This document shows positions 26,510-38,460 of a DNA stretch of 64,000 nt, in pieces. Made by a program: the position numbers and the translations under genes. Every line of letters begins with the position of its first letter. Within the stretch, counting starts at the first letter, position 1. The stretch covers positions 124,001-188,000 of the forward strand of contig JBEWZL010000184.1 in assembly GCA_045837725.1 (NCBI GenBank). Reading direction: 5' to 3'. This DNA is from Vermamoeba vermiformis. Lineage: Eukaryota. The notes under the pieces are model-generated. The model was not told the origin of the DNA. It searched no databases and was given only the letters and a program-made list of their open reading frames with translations.

Positions 26510-28170
26510 ATGGCCGACAAACTCTTCGTTGAGCAAGTTGATCTCAAGGGCAAGCGCGTTATTATGCGGTACGCAAAGTCATTCACAATTGAAATCTTAG
26601 CTTGATTTATTGTTAATAATTATTAAGGTACTATTAGGAATATTATTGCACAACTAATAGTGAAATACTTTTTCTATTCGAAAGATATTTTTGAATTAAT
26701 TATTTTAGTTAGCAAATTGCAATTATTTAAAATTACTGTATATTATGCCAGTCATTCCGCTCTTCATTGTACACTTTCAGACTAGTTGCATTTCATCTGA
26801 AAAGTTTTTCTAACACTTTGGCTTAGTGTTGACTTCAACGTACCTTTGGAAGGTGACAAAATTACCAGCAACCAACGTATCGTTGCTGCTATTCCCACCA
26901 TTGAATATTGCTTGAAGCAAGGTACTAAATATTTTTCATGAACGAATTGGATCTGACTTTTCATTCAGGCGCTAAGAGCGTTGTTTTGATGAGCCACTTG
27001 GGTCGCCCCGATGGCGTGGTCCAAAAGGAATCATCTCTTGCTCCTGTCGCCAAGGAACTCGAGAGCTTGATGAAAAGACCCGTCACGTTCTTGCACGACT
27101 GCGTGGGCCCTGAAGTTGAGGCTAAGTGCGCTGCGGCCAAGGACGGCGAGCTCATTCTTTTGGAGAACTTGCGCTTCCACCCCGAAGAGGAGGGTCAAGG
27201 CAAGAATGCTGACGGCAAGATGGTCAAGGCCGACCCTGAAGCTGTAAAGAAATTCCGCGCCTCATTGACCAAGCTCGGTGACGTCTATGTGAACGACGCT
27301 TTTGGCACTGCTCACCGTGCTCACAGCTCGATGGTCGGTGTTGAATTGCCCGTGCGTGCTGCTGGCTATTTGATGCGCAAAGAACTCGAGGCTTTGGCTG
27401 ACGCCGTTAACAAGCCCAAGAGACCTTTCTTGGCCATTCTCGGAGGGTATGTAATGAGCTGGATGAATTCAAGTTCATGTCTAATCCCCTACGCAGTGCC
27501 AAGGTTAGCGACAAGATCAAGTTGATTAACAACATGTTGGACAAGGTCGATGAAATGATCATCGGTGGTGGCATGGCCTTCACATTCAAGAAGGAGGTTG
27601 ACAACGTGAAGATCGGCAGCTCTCTCTTTGACAAGGAGGGTGCCAAGACTGTTCGCGACATAGTTGAAAAGGCCAAGGCCAAGAACGTCAAGTTGCACTT
27701 CCCCGTTGACTACGTCACTGCCAACAAGTTCGCCAAGGATGCTGAAGTCGGTGCTGCTGACGACCAATCTGGCATTCCTGACGGCTGGTTGGGTCTTGAC
27801 GTTGGCCCTAAGAGCCGCGCCATCTTCGCTGAGGCTATTGGCCGAGCTGCTACCATCGTTTGGAACGGGTAAGTTACTCTAATCACAATTAATGTCACGT
27901 GCAGTCTGTATTAACGTGTCTCTCAGCCCTGCTGGTGTTTTCGAATGGCCTAACTTCGAAGCCGGTACCAAGTCTATGATGGACGAAGCTATTAAGGCTC
28001 ACTCTCGCGGAGCTGTTGTCGTCATTGGTGGTGGTGATACTGCTACTGCTGCTGCTAAATACAACGCTGAAGATAAAGTCACTCACGTGTCTACCGGCGG
28101 TGGTGCCAGTCTCGAATTGCTCGAGGGTCGCGAACTCCCTGGTGTCACTGCTCTTTCTCCCAGCCATTGA
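26510..28170 (+). CDS. PGK: Phosphoglycerate kinase
   Basis: [42 protein letters not shown] and [15 protein letters not shown]. Confidence 0.98.
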
Positions 28171-28326
28171 ATCGCACGCTACTAGCGGGCAGTAAATACT
28201 GTTAGCGTTGATACTTGCACTGCTAGTAGTAAGTTTTTAACTGCATGTAAAAAATCTGTTTCATAAATACGATTATTCGTAACCAAAACTTTATTTCTAC
28301 AATTCGCTTAAACAATGTGACTCAAT

Positions 28327-31251
28327 CTACTTCGTAACAGTTAATCTAGATTGACCGTCAGTCGTTTCAATCAATTCGAAACCTCCTTGTTTGTTGTTCA
28401 GCAATGACTCGCGGTCCAAGCAGACACGCTCCAAGTCCTTGTCGGAGATGACATGATCTTCGCCCAATTCTGTCGCGTCAGTCTTCAGCAGCTCCAGCAT
28501 TTCATTCTCGGTGAACAAAGAGTTCGATGGGCCGTCGTTGTAATTGCCTTTGAACTTCTCTTTGTGAATGACCAAACGTTCAAGCTTCAACTTGGCATTA
28601 GCGCGCTGCAAAATCCAGCTGTCCACGCTATTAGCGGTGATCAAACGATAGACACAAACAGGTTTAGTTTGACCGATTCTGTGGCATCTGTCTTGAGCCT
28701 GCATGTCCATTTGCGGGTTCCAATCAGAGTCGTAAATGATCACAGAGTCAGCAGCAGTCAAGTTGATGCCCAGGCCACCAGCGCGAGTGCTCAACAAGAA
28801 AACGGAGACATTTGGATCGGTGTTGAACAGTTCAATTTGCTCTTGTCGATCAGTTTGAGCTGTGCTGCCATCAATGCGACAATAAGAATAGCCGCTGTAC
28901 TCTAAGAAGTCTTCAAGAATATCGAGCAAGCGAGTCATTTGCGAGAAGATGAGAGTCTTGTGTCCGTTTGGCAAGAGGAACTTCAACATCTTCTCGGTGA
29001 GTTCTATCTTGCCGCAGGTCTCTTTGAGGTCCTCAAGGTACTTCTCCGGATCTTCAATCACCAAAGAGGGATTGTGCTCTGCTAGTGTAGTTTGAACTTC
29101 AGCAAAGTAGCGGCGTTTGTCTTCTTTGGACTTTTCAATATAAACCTCGCGCTGCTTGTCGCTGAGTGCCTTCCATTTGGCCGAGCAGATCTTGAATAAC
29201 TCTGACATGCCAGCATCAGGGTTCTTCTTCGCGGCTTCTTTGCGTTGTTCCATGAAGTAAATCATCCAAGCAGACTTGCCACGCTTGGGCATGACTGGCT
29301 CTTTGTTTTTGGGCTCAGTCTCAGACTCGTCTTCAGGCTGTTCTTCCTCCATTTCGTCTTCCTCTTCAAGCTTCTTGAACAGCGCAATTTCATCGTAATT
29401 CAAACGACGCTTCTTTCTCAGTCTCGACTCTGGTGGATCTGCAACAGAATCAGTTAAGCTCGTTAAATCTAACCTCCAAGTTAACTTACCGGCAATCTCT
29501 TCAAGTTCCCCTCTTCTCTTTCGTTTCTTCTTGCCGCTGCCATTAGTTTCCTCACTTTTGCCGTTTTGTTTGGGCTCTTCTTCATCAAGTTCAATTTGAT
29601 TGTTTTTGAACTTCTTGTAGAAGCTGTCAAAGTCGTCGTCAAACAAGAAGGGATGATTGCACACTTTGCGCAAGTGCATGATGATGTTGAGCAACTTGAT
29701 TCTGCCACCAGCTGTATATTTGTTAGTAGACGGAATAAATTAACTCAATCTTTCAAACTTACTTCCAGCGACGATTTTCTTCCAGTCGTGTTGCTTCAAT
29801 AAGTTGTAGAAAGCCTTTTGTGCGGGCTTGAAGGGACAATACAAGACATATTCTCGCTTCTTGGGCAGATTCAACTCGACGTCGTGCTTCAATCTGCGCA
29901 ACAAGAAAGGTTGAAGGATGTTGTGCAGCTTTTGAACGAGTTGCTCGGAGATAGAGTCTTTGTTCTCTTCAACGCTCTTGCCTTCAGTCTCGCCCTTGAT
30001 GATCACTTCGTCAAAGTCAAACCAGCTCTGGAAGTTCTCCAAACTGTCGAAAATATCGGGCAAAATGAAGTTGAGGAGTGACCACAACTCGGTCAAAGAG
30101 TTCTGCAGCGGCGTGCCTGTCAACAACAATCTGTTCTCAGTGCGCAGAGCTCTCAACTCGCGAATCAATCTGCAATTAAAGTTCTTCAAACGATGTGCCT
30201 CATCGACCACCAAGTACTTCCACTGCAGCACAACAATATTAGAAACGACCCATAGCTATTGTTCGAGCTACTTACGTGGAAGCACTGCAAGAAGCGCTTG
30301 TCATTCATGGCAATGTTGTAGGAGGTAATGATAATAGGAATCTTGGGACGTGCTCCATCAGCTTTCTTTGCACGAGTAATATCATTGCGCAAAGTCTCAC
30401 GCTCAGCTTTGCTGCCGTGGTACATGACAACGGGTAGTGAAGGCGTCCTTGTAGATCGATGTCAGTACACGAACAAGAAGCACAAACTTTTAACTTACCA
30501 TTTTTGGAATTCATTGGCCCAATTGCGCAATGTAGAAAGCGGAGCTACGACCAAGAAAGGGCCTGTAATGCCTTTACCCCACAGATGCGCCAAAAAGCTG
30601 ACCTGATCGCAGGTTTTAGTTTTAAAGTATTGTTGCTGCTTAAACATACCGTTTGAATAGTCTTGCCTAGACCCATTTCATCAGCGAGAATGCCGTTCAT
30701 GCCGTTCTCGAAGAGCTGGATCAGCCAGTTGATGCCGAACAGTTGGTAGTCGCGCATTTTACCTCCAGTGACGAGTTCAGGTTGAACAGTGCGCACTAAC
30801 GATTCAGTTTGCTTTTCAGGCAGTTCTTCAAGTTTCTCTTGGAGAGACTGGGTCTGAAGATCGTGGATCAGGATCTGACACGCGATACTTGCTAGTAATT
30901 AATTAAATACCTTTTTTTGATTTTTAGGGCGACGTCCGCGGCGCTTCGTGGTGACTTCCTCTTCTTTGACCGGCTCTTCCTTTACATCCTTCGAGGAAAT
31001 ACTTATTATTTCTGTTTGCGGTGGTTTAAAAAATAAATATATACCTCTTTCGCTGGGTTAGGAACTTGGAGTTGTTGGCTAATAAATTGAGAATAAATTC
31101 TGGCTTTATCCAACAATAAATTCAGTTGTTTGAGTTTGTCAGATTCAGCAGTAATAACACCATGTTGTGGCTTTTCGTCTTCAACCTCTTCATCCTCTTT
31201 ATAGTCCGCATCATCTTCGGCTAATTTTTTAATATCGACGGCGTCATCCAT
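28327..31251 (-). CDS. SNF2-family remodeller, HELLS/LSH/DDM1-like, with inserted HMG box
   Basis: [81 protein letters not shown] and [18 protein letters not shown] box at ~29095-29295. Confidence 0.9.
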
Positions 31252-31459
31252 GGTTAATTTTAAGATCGCGTTTCTTAAGTGTTACGAAGTCCTCCACAAT
31301 ACGAATTGCGTGGTCTCGGAGTTGTGGTTATTTATCTTCGGATAACTAACAAAAGAACGCACAAAAATTCAAAACAAAAAAAGGCGCGGTTTCAGGATCG
31401 GACTGTACAACTGGCCACGCGATTTAAAAATAACAATTTTACTCAACTATTGTACAAAT

Positions 31460-34400
31460 TCAGATGTTTTGCGGCAAGTTTTCTTTGTTGTCTCGCAGTA
31501 CCCTTGCAGGACTAGACTTTTGCACGCTTGGTTTTTCTAAACGCAACGTTAGTCACTAATTTATGTACCAGAAATGTTACTTACCATTCAAATCCTTCAA
31601 CTTTCGAAGCAAATTAACTTCTTTCAGTTGCAGGTCTACTTGGAACTGCAGATTCTCAATGCTGTTGTTCTTTTGTTGCATTGACTCCTGCACAGTGGTC
31701 AATATCGACAAAGCCTTCGAAGTATCGGCGACTGTCTCTTCACCGTTGAGCGTTGTAACTTTCTCGAGAATACACTGCGAATAACTGTTAGCACCGAGTA
31801 CATTGCTGACAACAGGTGGCCATACCTTAAGTTCCCCGCGTAAAGTTTCAACCTCAGTCTCCTTAGTTTTGAGTGCTCGTTTCAATTTCTCCTCTTCTTC
31901 GATGCTTGCAAGAGCAGCTTGCTCGTATGTCTTGGCCTTGGGATCGGTGGGCTTCAACTTGTTCAACTGAGCCACAAGCTGCTTAACAATCTGTTCTTTT
32001 TGTTTCATCTCGCCCAACAATGTTTCGTGTTGCTTCTTGATGGTGTTGTATTCCTCCTTCAGTTTAGTGTGGTGATGGATCTTTTGTTTAATGTTGCCGT
32101 GGCCCACAAGCTCCGTGACTTGTTTGTTCAGCTTGTCATTTGCAGCTTCAAGAGACTTCTTTTCTTCAGTCAACTTGACGCGATCGTCATTCAACAGCTC
32201 AATCTTCTTCTTGAGGGCTTGACACTCTTCGTGAGCTTGTTCTTGAGTCAACTTGACGCGTTTGATCTCTTGCAAGTATTGTTGACTGGTCTGGAACGAC
32301 TTGTTCAACTCTTCCTTGAGTTCACGGATTTGAGTGTCGTATTGGCCGAACTGATCTTTCATCTTGGCCTCGTTTGTAGTCATCAGTTGAATGTCACTCT
32401 TCAACTTGGCGATTTCCTTGTTCTTTCGCTCGCGAGTCTGCTCCCATTGTTCAGCCATCTCAGTAAGCTTGCGCTCTTTGCTCTTGGTAGTTGTTAAATC
32501 AGAGTTCAACTGATCGCAGCGAAGTTTCAGCTTGACCATTTCTTCTTGAACACTGCGCAATTGAACGATCTCATTTTGTAACTGCTTCAGGTTCTCGCTC
32601 TGCTTTGAGTATTCAACGGACAATACCTTCTTCTCAACGAGGTCGTTGCTGAGTGTGGCATAGTCGGCACGCAGTTGAGTGATGGTCAACTGATCGTTGT
32701 TGTGCTCATTCTCCAATTGACTAACTTGTTCTTGCAGAGTATTGACTTCGCTAACACGACGAGACTCGGCATCTCTCAATGCTGATGCGTGCTCAGCTCG
32801 GAGCTCGCTGATGATTTCTTCGTATTGCTTGTTCTTCAACATCAAGCTTTCAATGTCCGATTGAGCTGAATCAAGTGATCGTTGCAATTCTTGCTCGCGG
32901 TCAGTGAGTTGCTGCTTAATTTGTTTCACTTCTTCGTGCTTCTGTTTCAGCTCATTCAATAGTTCTCCGTGTTGGCTCTCGTATTTTTCTTGCATTTCGT
33001 CCTTCTCAACCATTAACTTCTCGTAGCGCTCTTGGACTTGCAACAACTGAGCCTCACGCTCCTTGCTGTCACGCAACTCTGCCTTCTTGTCTTCCAGCTC
33101 GCAGTTCAAAGCCTTCAACTCGTCGTCTTTAGCGTTCAACTTGCCACGCATATTCTCGACAAACTCTTTGAGGGAGTCGATAGTGTCGTTCTTAGCCTTG
33201 CCATCTTGCTCAAGACCGCGAATGGACGCTTGAAGTTCTTCGATTTGTTTTTGAGCAGCGACGAGGTTAGTCTGGTGCTTATCGATTTCTTCTTTGGACT
33301 TGAGCAAATCATCTTGCAATTTGGAGTTGTCAGCCATCAAGGTAGAAATCTTCTGGGCATTGCTGGATGATGACTCGAGCACCTCTCGTTGACGCTCGAT
33401 TGTGTTGCGCAAGGCCTGGATCTCTTCAGCCGATGAGCTGACGTCTTTTTTCAAGCCTTCGATGACACCTTCGAGCTCGACTTGAGACTTTTGGTATTGC
33501 TCAATTTGATTCTTGCGGTACTCAGCCTCTTCATTCAATGACTCGTTCTCTTCTTTCATTTCAGCCAATTGAGTGGACAATTGCTCAACGCTGCTCTTTT
33601 CGCTCATCCACTTAGCTTCCAACTCCTCACGCTCTTGTTGGTGCTTTTGTTTCTGTGAAAGAAGTTAGCACAACGAGCTCTACGGGCTATCGAGTTACGT
33701 ACCAATTCGCTGACTTCGCGTTCTTGCTTGGTAATTTGTTGGGATTGAGCTTCACAAGTCATTTGAAGTTGACCGATTTGTCTGCTCAACACTTTGTTGT
33801 CTTCTTCGAGCTTCTTATCTCGCACAGCATGAACGTCCTCAGCAGCGAAGCACTAACGATACATTAGCTTTGTATCACAAACTAATGTTAGTGTACTTAC
33901 GATTGACATGCGCCTGTTTTCATCAGTAACCTTGTTGATGCTCTTCTTCATTCGGCGAATGGTTTCATCGCGCTCGCGTACTTGGGACTCTAAGCGGTCT
34001 TTATCCTCGGCCAATTGACTGATTTGCTTCTCGAGCGTCAAAATTGTTAAGTTGGCTTTCTTAGACAAAGTCTCACTCATTTCAAAACCTTCTTGAAGGT
34101 TCTTCAACTCGTTTTCGTACGTGCCTTGCAATAACTTGATCGTGTCTCTGTTCTGTTCCGTGACACGATCAATCTCTAGCTGTTTGCTGAAGAGTGTCTG
34201 ATTGAAGGACTCTTCAGCCTCGTTGAGCTGTTGTTGAGTCGCAGTCAGGTCTGAGGCGAGTTGAATTTCGCGCTGTTGCCACTTGCGGCGCTCTTGGCTG
34301 TACTCGTTCTGAACACTGTCGAGCTCAGCTCTGAGACGCTCGAGCTCTTGTTCGTATTTCCATCGTTGAAGTTCAGATTGTACGTGAGACTTTGAAGGAG

Positions 34401-36403
34401 AGTTGGCTGAAGGAACAAATTAGTATTAGATTACTAATAGACCACTCGTTGTAACTTACCGCCCTTCGAGTAGAGCTCCATAAGTTTGTGCTTGTCTTCA
34501 ATCAACTTCTTAACTGTACAAGATAGCTCGTAAACAAAGTCGCGCAACTTCACAATCTCGCTGCTTCTCTCTTCAATTTGCTCGTCGAAGTTTGTTTCGT
34601 AGTATTCGATAAGTTCTCGAAGCTCCAAGTTTTCAATGGCAAAACGAGCTACATCGGGGTGATGTGCAATTTGAGACTTCAACTGTTCGATTTCTTCTTT
34701 CAACGCCTTAGTGTCCTCCTCCTTGTCCTCAACACCATTCTTAAGGCGCTCAAGTCGAGCTTCACGAAGACGCAAGATCATCTTCGTTGATTGCAAGAAG
34801 TACTCTTTGCGCTCAATCAACATCTGCAGGGACTCGATCTTTGTGAACAGCTTTTGTTTTTCCTCTTCAAAATTTTGTTCGCGGTCGAGTGCCAGATAAA
34901 GCGCTGCTTCAATCTCGTGCACATTCTCAGTAGAGAGTGTCGATGATTGTGAGCTCGGGGACAAGTTGCATTCCTTGTCGAACTCAGCGCGGTGATGCTC
35001 GTCAAAGCTCGAATCGTCGCTGTGTTGCTTAGCCACAGCGAGCTCGGCTTGCGTTGTGGCCAACTCTGAGCGCAATCGCTTCAACTCGGCTTGCAATTGG
35101 ATCATCGAGCTGCTGGACTCTTCGTTGATGACGGCCTTGTTTCTAATTAACTTGGCACGCTGCGCGAATTTGAGTGTAGAAAGAGTTTCGCCCAAGCACT
35201 TGTCTGACGGACTGATGGTAGCAATAATAGAAGTCTTGCTGTTACCGCCGAGTGAGTCTTTCAACAAGAAGGTCAACTTTGAATCTCTATAGTGCACGAA
35301 CTGATCGCGACCATTGGCCACTTCAACTAGAGCTCGAATTACATTGCCCAATACTGACAGTGACTTGTTGATATTGCCTGCTTCTTTTAATCGCAAGCCA
35401 GTTGCTTCAGTGGACTTTTGGCGTTCAGACCCCGCCAAATCAATCAAATGAAGGCGCGAGTACTTGACAGCGGTGACACCGGCCTTGGTTTCCTGCAAGA
35501 CACTTTGATTAACGAGGATGATTGTGGACAAATATAAACGTACCTTGGATTGAATGTAAATTGTGAACACAGAGTGAGAGCGAGAAGACACTTCGTTCAT
35601 TGCAGTCTTGCCAACGTGTCTGTTCGTAGCGCCGTACTTCAACAATCGATAAGCTTGGTCTGCAGTTGACACAGCCTCTTCTACGAGGTTCTCTACATAT
35701 ACACCCTTCTTGACGTCGTCACGAATTTCTGAGGTCGGAGTTAGCAATCGACTGCTTGTCAACATATTAACACATACGCAGTTTAGCTTGAGAGGTAGGA
35801 TTGAGGAGATCGGTGATTTGTTCGTTGTAAATTTCGAGATAAGAACAGGTCGTGAAGTACTCCAAAGAAGGATTCTAAACAAGATTAGCGTAAGCAAATA
35901 GATTTAGGTAGCACATACCTCTCTTTGACGTTTGTTCATTAAATGGAAAATATATTCAAGAACGCGAGGAATTAAACCTCTAATCTCGTGGATCTCCTCT
36001 CCCTTGTCGGTCAAAGCACCTGAGAGCGTTGTTAGAAGTCATTCGTTAGCGCTGGCCACCTCTAACCTACCTTGAATAGTGAAAGTTTTGCCCGAACCTG
36101 TTTGTCCGTAGGCGAAGATTGTGCCGTGATAACCTGTAACGCACGAATCCGCGATCGGTTTACCGACTTGTTCAAATATCGATTCCTGCAATAGGGTTAA
36201 TATGCATATGAATTATCTGTATTATAGCTTACTTGGGTGCTGTCTTCATCAGCGACGTAGTCGTAAGTAAATATTTTCGGTGGTTTCGCATCCAGAATGA
36301 CCGATGATTGATCACGCACGAGAATGCATGAAGCTGATTTTTCTTCCTTTTTATTTGATGGACGTACTCTTACGAATACTTTTACGTTATCGCTACTTTC
36401 CAT
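31460..36403 (-). CDS. Kinesin-12 (KIF15/Xklp2-like)
   Basis: N-terminal motor (NVKVFVRVRP, YGQTGSGKT, SSRSHSVF, LIDLAGSERQK, HYRDSKLTFLLKDSLGGN), long coiled coil, and C-terminal LVGHGNIKQKIHH motif shared by KIF15 and HMMR. KEN near the C-terminus. Confidence 0.9.
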
Positions 36404-36669
36404 AGTTCTGAATTTTAATTTTTTAGCTTAGATAATAGTGTGGCCGAGTCGCTTAAATATTAATTAATTGTGGGGCAAATATAGTGATGATATCTAATAA
36501 AATTATTAACTTTCGCTCTTACCATTGAGATTTAGCACCAAAACTCTTGACTGAAGAAGTTATTCTACAGCCCTGCACCTCCAAAACGATATAATATTTA
36601 ATATAATCTTAGTTAATTGTGCTTGTTAACTAACACTAGCTTGAATGTTCGTTTAAAATTTGAATAAGC

Positions 36670-36708
36670 TTTTTGGCGCGCAACAACAACCAAACCGTTT
36701 GGCGGGAA
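36670..36708. promoter_or_regulatory. E2F-like sites upstream of the kinesin-12 gene
   Basis: TTTTGGCGCG at 36671 and TTTGGCGGGAA at 36698-36708. Confidence 0.45.
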
Positions 36709-36983
36709 CAAAAATTTTTGCTCGAGTTTGATTTTCTTTTACAACAAAGTTAACCACAACCCTTAACTTACCGTTATCGAATCGGCGTTGTAAATGACGG
36801 GGACTGCAACCACGGAGAATACGAAGAGAACGGTTTTCTTACGTAATTTTCTTACCTTGTATTTTAAGAAGCAAGTACTATACCTTACATACAGTCAATT
36901 CATACGGCAACCTTTATGAATACTTATCAAATCTCTTCTACCAAAAATTAAATTTCCTGACTTTGATTATGACACGAACACAA

Positions 36984-37577
36984 ATGCCAAACAAATACCT
37001 CATACTACTTGTAGTTCTACTGTCTGGCTATGTTACTGCTCGAGGACCAGGCGGACCCGGAGGTGGTTGGGCAATGGGACGAATATGCCAACGAGACTGT
37101 TCCGTGGATTGTTTTTCGATCGCACCTTATAAGTGTCTCCAAGGCACAGGAAAATTAGGAGGAGTTGATTTTAATGCTATTGAATTTGTTCACGGCAAGA
37201 ATTATCAAAATCAGTGGACTTTAGCAGCATTTAATGACAGTCAAAATTGCAATGCTACCACGGCTGTATTTGCTTACCCTCTCCTTGTGGCCACATCGTG
37301 CCTAAATATTTCTCTCAATTATAATGGCAACCAATATTCCTACTTGTACATAGAAGGCCCCGCTCCACAAAACAATAATTTGACATCCGCGACAGATGAA
37401 CTCTCTTACACGCAGACAGGGTTCTCAAATGACTCATTTCCGATAGTATTTGCCGTTGTGCCACTAGTTCTAATCGTTATATCTTTGGTAGTCGTTGTTG
37501 TTGCAGTTGTCAAAGCGATCAAAAGAAAAAGGAACAAACAATCAGAAGAGGAAGAAGCCTTTGATCTTGCCTCATAA
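36984..37577 (+). CDS. Intronless type I membrane protein of unknown function
   Basis: Signal peptide, Cys-containing ectodomain with N-x-S/T sites, one TM helix (PIVFAVVPLVLIVISLVVVVVAVV) and a basic stop-transfer segment. Start could be 36969. Confidence 0.7.
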   Translation: MPNKYLILLVVLLSGYVTARGPGGPGGGWAMGRICQRDCSVDCFSIAPYKCLQGTGKLGGVDFNAIEFVHGKNYQNQWTLAAFNDSQNCNATTAVFAYPLLVATSCLNISLNYNGNQYSYLYIEGPAPQNNNLTSATDELSYTQTGFSNDSFPIVFAVVPLVLIVISLVVVVVAVVKAIKRKRNKQSEEEEAFDLAS

Positions 37578-37666
37578 GTACAATGTAATAGCGACTACAC
37601 CATGTAAATAAACTCGAAGTTATTAGTATACCAAAAAATTCCGTTAGTTCGGATTCAAGTTTTGAA

Positions 37667-38393
37667 ATGGTAAACACACGTGCACATACTACGGCATACC
37701 GAACTAACTTTATTTAGAGTGCCAAGAAGGGTAAGAGCAAATCTACACCACGAAAGGCGAAGGTCAAATTGACCCAAGAGCAAGAGAATGAGATCAGAGA
37801 AGCCTTCGACCTGTTCGATACAGATAATTCAGGTAAATTATTGTTAATATTATTCATTAATTTTGAAGTGATGAGAAAGCTGTTTGTTTCTCGAGAAAAA
37901 AAGGTTAACAATTATTCGTAGGCACGATCGATGCTAATGAGCTCAAGGTCGCTATGAAAGCTTTAGGATTTGAAGCAAATGATCAAGAAGTAAAACAAAT
38001 GATTGCTAGCATAGATACAGACGGCAGTGGTACCATTGACTACGAAGAGTTTTTGAATATGATGACAGCGAAGATGGTGCGTGGTAGTTATGCCTTTAAA
38101 TACGTCTAATCACTATTCAATAGAGTGAACAAGACTCGCTCGATGAGATTAAGAAAGCGTTTCATTTATTTGACCCCGACAACACTGGCATCACTTTTGA
38201 AAAGTTGAAGCGCGTGGCCATTGAATTAGGCGAAGAGCTCACTGACGAAGAGATTCGAGAAATGATCAGAGAGGCCTCTGCTAGTAAGTGATGGGGTGAC
38301 TATTAACGCAGCTATATGACTAACGAATGTGCAGATGACCGCGTGACATTCGAAGACTTTGCAGCAATTATGACCAAAGCCACCAAATATTAA
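37667..38393 (+). CDS. Centrin (EF-hand), divergent C-lobe; absent from the ORF track
   Basis: ATG-only first exon. [39 protein letters not shown] and [24 protein letters not shown]. Confidence 0.9.
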
Positions 38394-38460
38394 CTGTCGC
38401 GTTAATTGTGAGATGTAAATAATTTATAAAGTCTATATTAACAAAGAGAACTCGAGTGCT

